Source: Pelomyxa schiedti (taxonomy: Eukaryota > Protista > Evosea). From it: DNA of 64,000 nt. Position 1 is the stretch's first letter, and every line of letters begins with the position of its first letter. Both the position numbers and the translations under genes were made by a program. The notes under the pieces are model-generated. The model ran no database searches. It had not been told where the DNA came from and worked only from the letters and a program-made list of their open reading frames with translations. The stretch lies in contig JAHLWZ010000185.1 of the NCBI GenBank assembly GCA_020536535.1, positions 44,347 through 108,346 on the forward strand. The letters are read 5' to 3'. Below are positions 59,290 through 64,000 of this stretch, in pieces.

Positions 59290-62200
59290 TCACAGATTTA
59301 AATTGTCATAGAACTGATCTTGCAGCTGTGCAGGAAAATAAAGGTGTTCACCAAGATGCAACCTTGCACCAGTTGCCTGCACCAAGTTACTTCCACCCTC
59401 TCCCCTCAAGTTTGGGTTGTTATCAACCAAAGATTGTGCCCATAATTGCCAATGTGGAAACCAATGTCGCCACTGATTTGGATCACCCCATTGTTCTGGG
59501 TTATATGATGGAATGTGCACCCCCCCCAAATGTAATGCTTCAATTAGTAGAGGCATCAAAAAACGACTGTGTGTTTGATGTCTAAAGGCAAATTCCCTGT
59601 AATTGTCTGCTCCTCCTCTTCCTTGTCCTCCTCTTCCTCCTCTTCCTCCTCTTCCTCCTCTTCCTCCTCTTCCTCCTCTTTGTCCTCCTCTTCTTCCACT
59701 TTGTCCTCCTCTTCCTTGTATTGCTCCTCTTTGTCCTCCTCTTCCTTGTCCTCTTCTTCCTCTGGTTAAAGCAGCAGTCAAAAGAATATCTTTGCTGTTG
59801 CTGATAGTGTCCCCGGCTTGATGTGAAGTGCACACTGTTTAGTTGAAGACGCTGTCTTCTATTTGGCTCTTCCAGGTAAAGTCTGTGACCTTGAACCATT
59901 TCCAAAAGCCGAAGAAAGATAATATTTCTGGACAAAACAACTCTCTCATGCACAGCATCTGGGCCACATAAAAGGCATACAGATTCTGCTGTAGGAAAGC
60001 AACTCATAGCCACATACAGTTGGCCATGAGTGAAAGGTAAATGTCTCAAATCGATTACCCCCTGTAACAAAGTGAGTCCTTGAGCTTTGTGGATAGTTAC
60101 AGCATAAGCCAGTCTTAAAGGAAATTGTTTTCTTTCCACATCAATCCCTCTTCCAGCCTGTGCTTTAGTGACTACAAACTGGAACACAACTCTGGAGATT
60201 TGAAACAATCTGCCACACAGTTGGCCAGTAACAATATCAACAGGTTCAATGGCAATTATCCTGGTTGAAATGTGGCACACTATGGCAACAGAATTGTTTG
60301 TGAGCCCATCTTGAATTGACAGATTCTTCATCAACATTACTAATGCTCCCACCCTCAATTGTAGCTCATGAGGAGGTGCACTGTAGTCAGAGAGTAAGTG
60401 AAGCCACTCCATGTGTCCTGGGCTGCCTCATTGTTAAGGCACAATATTCTTCTTTGTACAACTGCTGACATGTTTCCCAAGTCAGGAAAGGCAAAAGAAA
60501 CAGCCTCCCCAAGAGACTGTGTGAACCTGTAGGGTTCTTCCACACTCTTCTGCAATGCCACATTGTACACTTCTTCATTTGGTCCATGGTACAATGGAAA
60601 AGAGCCATCACCCAGGGAATTGATGAAGTCACGATGCTGAGGATCACTGGCAGCCCTGAACTGATGAGTCAGATGCAACACCATAAAATGGCTCCACAGG
60701 TAACTGGAGACTATGGAGCTCGAAATGATGTCTTCTTCTGTTCCTCCAGGAACCACAGGGGGTATTTGTTCAAAGTCTCCCATGCCTACAAAAACAGTAC
60801 CCCCAAATGGGATAGAATGATTTGAATGCAGACTCCTCAGTAACTCATCCACAACAGCCACATCTCTTTTGTTTGCCACAGGCATCTCATCCCAAAATAT
60901 CACTGTTGTGGCTCGAAGCAATGCTGCCCTCTGACTGTTGAGTGCTATGTTGGAGGTTATTCTGTCAGGAGAAACAATATCCAGATTTTTTTGCACTGGA
61001 ATTCCAAAAACCATGTGTGCTGTACCTCCACGTTCATACTGTCGAGCAGCAAATGCTGTAGAAGCACAGGCAATGACAACTTGGTGTTCTAATCTCAAGG
61101 AGGATAACAAATACCGAGCCAGGAATGTCTTCCCACATCCTGCTTTGGCCTGAATAAAGAAACAGTGTGCTGTCGTGTGGTCTGCAGAAGCTGCTTGCAA
61201 AATGTGTGCTGCTATTTGTGTCTGCTCCTCACTCAGGCATTCCCTTGTTTCAGTGACAAAATTGTGTAGTTGTCTTAAGTCATCACTGTGTTGTTCTCTC
61301 TCCAGCTCTGTGTGGCCATGCTCATCAAGTTCATCTGGTTCTGGGAGACCATAACTCAGAATAGACTTGCCATATGAAGCAAATATTTCCCAAAAAATAT
61401 ATGTGTCAAAACCTATGATACACCATTCCTCCAACATGAATTGCATACAGCCCTTGCTGTATACCTCGAGGAGGTCCAAAGAAATGTGAATTTATACCTG
61501 TAGTACCTAAAAATACATTATTTTTGTAGGTTTTCTCCACTGTGAAAAGTACCAATTGCTGTGAAGTTTAATATACCATTGTATGCACGGGAGTAATCTG
61601 TTCTATGATTGTGACAGGATTGTAAAAAGGTATCAATAACTTCAGGAAGTGCATGTAATTCCTGGATAAAAATAAGAAATGAAAAAAAAATTGTTAAGAT
61701 TCACTGGAAATCGATCAGGGTGTGCTTGACAACAAAAGTTTGATGAAGAGACTCCTAAGACTGTAGAGCCACAATGTTCACAGTGAAAATCAGATGGAAT
61801 TGTCCAAATGTGTTGATTATGGTTCACACGGCAATCATGTTGGTGGGCAATGCGTCGATGGTGTCGAATTTCAGCGTCTGTTGGGATGTGAATCAATGAG
61901 GGGAAGGTGGTTGTCATTGTTGCAGCTGGTGCAGTGTTCATTGTGTCTGTTGTGTTGGCTGTGGTTGTTGCTGTTGTTGTGGTTGTTGTTGTTGTTGTGG
62001 TGGTGGTGGTTGCTGTTGTAGTAACTGGTGCTGGTGTTGTGGCTCTCAAAGCCACAGTTGTGTCAATGTTATTATTTGATACAGGATGCAGATGATGATG
62101 TGGCAGTTGTTCCTCCTCCACATAATCATCATTCACATCAGTGTCACTATCTGAGTAATGGTGCCGGCTCTGCCTACGCTCATGATGTTGGTCACTGGCA

Positions 62201-62332
62201 ACCTCCCTCTGAAGTTGACGCTCAATTTCAATCAAGTTTTGTAGATGGCGAGCTACAACAAAGGAAACAAATAAGAAGAAGCTGCAACAACAACGACACA
62301 CAGTTGGTGCGACGACGGAGGTTCCGCAACAT
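59290..62332 (-). mobile_element. Degenerate, internally deleted Helitron (zinc-finger N-terminus and PIF1 helicase retained, Rep/HUH domain missing)
   Basis: CEHCGS…NFCC and YKNNVF…GMVYHR match the Helitron N-terminus. This is immediately followed by GKSILSYGLPEP and the helicase. The element boundaries are not defined. Confidence 0.8.
59582..61405 (-). pseudogene. Helitron-type PIF1 (SF1B) helicase, frameshifted
   Basis: AGCGKT, ASTAFAA…GGTAH, IFWDEM, PFGG…GDFEQIPPVV, then a frame break near 60412. It resumes with PPHEL…VMLMKNL, KQFPLRLAYAVTIHKAQGLTL and FTHGQLYVAMS. Confidence 0.88.
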
Positions 62333-62395
62333 GAAAGTAACTATCGCCAAAAAATTTCTTGGAAATGATGTGGTGATGGGAAAGGACAGGGTGAT

Positions 62396-62535
62396 GGTGG
62401 ATTTTTTTTTACTGGGGGTGCTAGGGCTCCGCCCTAGGACCTGGCGGGGCTCCGCCCCTGCCCCCCGGCGGGGCTCCGCCCCTGCACCCCACCAGGGGGA
62501 CGGTGCTCCGCCGCTCCGCCTGGACCCGCTTCCCC
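62396..62535. repeat. 140-bp GC-rich multi-hairpin direct repeat, copy 1
   Basis: Near-identical to 62707-62846. Contains ctagggc-tcc-gccctag and ggggc-tcc-gcccc palindromes. Confidence 0.93.
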
Positions 62536-62706
62536 TCGTTCATATGACAGCCCGTCTGGTTTTTTGCCTGTCTTTTGTGTGGCGCCTCCTGCTGGTGGTC
62601 CAACAATACACGCAGAAACCAAATAACAACAGTCGAAGGCACAGCAAAACACAACAAAAAAACGGCAGCAGCACTAAACACATCGCTGTAGTTGTTGAAT
62701 GAGAGA

Positions 62707-62846
62707 GGTGGATTTTTTTTTACTGGGGGTGCTAGGGCTCCGCCCTAGAACCTGGCGGGGCTCCGCCCCTGCCCCCCGGCGGGGCTTCGCCCCTGCACCC
62801 CACCAGGGGGACGGGGCTCCGCCCCTCCCCCTGGACCCCCTTCCCC
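62707..62846. repeat. 140-bp GC-rich multi-hairpin direct repeat, copy 2
   Basis: Near-identical to 62396-62535. Confidence 0.93.
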
Positions 62847-63256
62847 GGTCCGGACTCGGCCGGTCCAGCGTCACTCGGGGTTTTTTGTGTTCCTTTCTGT
62901 TATGTTGATGGTTTTGTGTGGACGTTTGTCTGGACGTTCGAAGACCCCACCAACAACGACCAATTTCACGGCCTCCTCATACTGCATAGTAATGCACCTG
63001 TTCCGTTGTTTTGGCTGGTCGGCTCGTGGGCGTTGGGCCAACCGGGCGGACAAAGGAAAAAAAATTATTGTCACTCTAGCCTTTGTATAGTGTTTAATTG
63101 TAACAATTGCCTCAATGGTTTCTGTGCAGAATGTGTTTGTCATGTCGGAAAATAGAAATGCCGTTGACAGAGCACCCTGAGTGTGGGGTGTATTCAGGAG
63201 ACCACCTCACTTTTTTGATTGTATTGTTCCCAATTTTTGATTTTTTTCATTACCCC

Positions 63257-63383
63257 ATGTCTAAACGACCACGAGACCCAAAGGACGATGTGTTGTCGCA
63301 TGAGAGATCCAACAAAACAACGAGGGTGGATACGGCCACCATAGGCGGTAACCCATAATTTTTTTTTCGTACTGTAGTTGCTG
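63257..63383 (+). CDS. Possible 5' end of a gene, truncated by the gap
   Basis: ATG…MSKRPRDPKDDVLSHE…, then a GT…AG intron-like segment, then Ns. Confidence 0.3.
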
Positions 63384-63483
63384 NNNNNNNNNNNNNNNNN
63401 NNNNNNNNNNNNNNNNNNNNNNNNNNNNNNNNNNNNNNNNNNNNNNNNNNNNNNNNNNNNNNNNNNNNNNNNNNNNNNNNNNN
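63384..63483. other. Scaffold gap
   Basis: 100 Ns. Confidence 0.95.
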
Positions 63484-64000
63484 AAAGAAGAAAGGGAGAA
63501 AAGAGAACGTGAGGAAAAGGAAAAAAGAGAAAGGGAAGAGAGGGAAAGGAGAGAAAAAGAACAACGAGACAGAGAGGAACGGGAAAGAAGAGAAAGAGAA
63601 GAACGAGAGAAACGTGAAAGAGAAGAAAAAGAAAGAAGAGAAAGGGAAGAAAGAGAAAGAAGAGAAAAAGAGGAACGAGAAAGAAGAGAAAGAGAAGAAA
63701 GGCAAAGGAGAGAAAAAGAAGAAAGGGAAGACAAGGAAAGAAGAGAAAAAGAGGAACGAGAGAAAAGAGAAAGGGAAGAAAGAGAACAGGTTGAACAAGA
63801 AAAAAGAGAACGAGAGGAAAGAGAAAAGAGAGAACGCGAAGAAAGAGAAAAAAGAGAACGCGAGGAGCGGGAGAAACGAGAACGTGAAGAAAGGGAAAAA
63901 AGAGAACGTGAAAGGAAGGAGCGCGAAAGAAAGGAACGTGAGGAGGCAGAAAAAATAGAGCGAGAGGAGAGGGAAAAAAGAGAGCGTGAAGAACGGGAAA
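63484..64000 (+). repeat. Second, shuffled copy of the ER/K-coding repeat
   Basis: The first ~120 nt match ~41282-41402, and later parts match ~40100-40297. Confidence 0.85.

Noticed and set aside
62028-62908. Plus-strand ORFs through the GC repeats (…GSAPAPRRGSAPAP…)
   Set aside because: They are by-products of GC-rich palindromic repeats and have no protein motif.

Overview
This is gene-dense eukaryotic (protist) genomic DNA, read with the standard genetic code, with many short spliceosomal introns (~45-60 nt) and three 100-N scaffold gaps. The intron style, GC-rich first exons and gene families resemble an amoebozoan such as the archamoeba Pelomyxa; that assignment is inference only. About 19 intron-containing genes could be spliced by hand: a Cys-rich FG-GAP/PSI-like surface protein, an AmmeMemoRadiSam-type radical SAM enzyme, RNPC3 (U11/U12-65K), a cathepsin D-like protease, a Crinkler-type NTPase+REase, a xanthine dehydrogenase/aldehyde oxidase-family enzyme, a BEACH/WD40 protein, a zinc-finger protein, an UNC-93-like MFS protein, a CDC123-like ATP-grasp protein, a second REase-like protein, a CH-LIM-ER/K-PH-PH protein, an ADP-ribosylglycohydrolase, a C2-kinase-Sel1 protein, a zf-4CXXC/bromodomain/RAMA protein, a stand-alone transhydrogenase domain III, a GON4L-like protein and an acetamidase. 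The right end holds an internally deleted, CpG-eroded Helitron preceded by two 140-bp repeats built from GNA-loop hairpins. The strongest observations are: (1) a 59-nt U12-type AT-AC intron close to the RNPC3 gene; (2) the combined chromatin-reader architecture; (3) a membrane-free transhydrogenase dIII with an altered NADP motif; (4) a prokaryote-type AmrS carrying introns; (5) a candidate CUG start; (6) the ssDNA hairpin repeats next to the Helitron. All family assignments come from recognising motifs by eye, with no database search, and the exon boundaries are manual.
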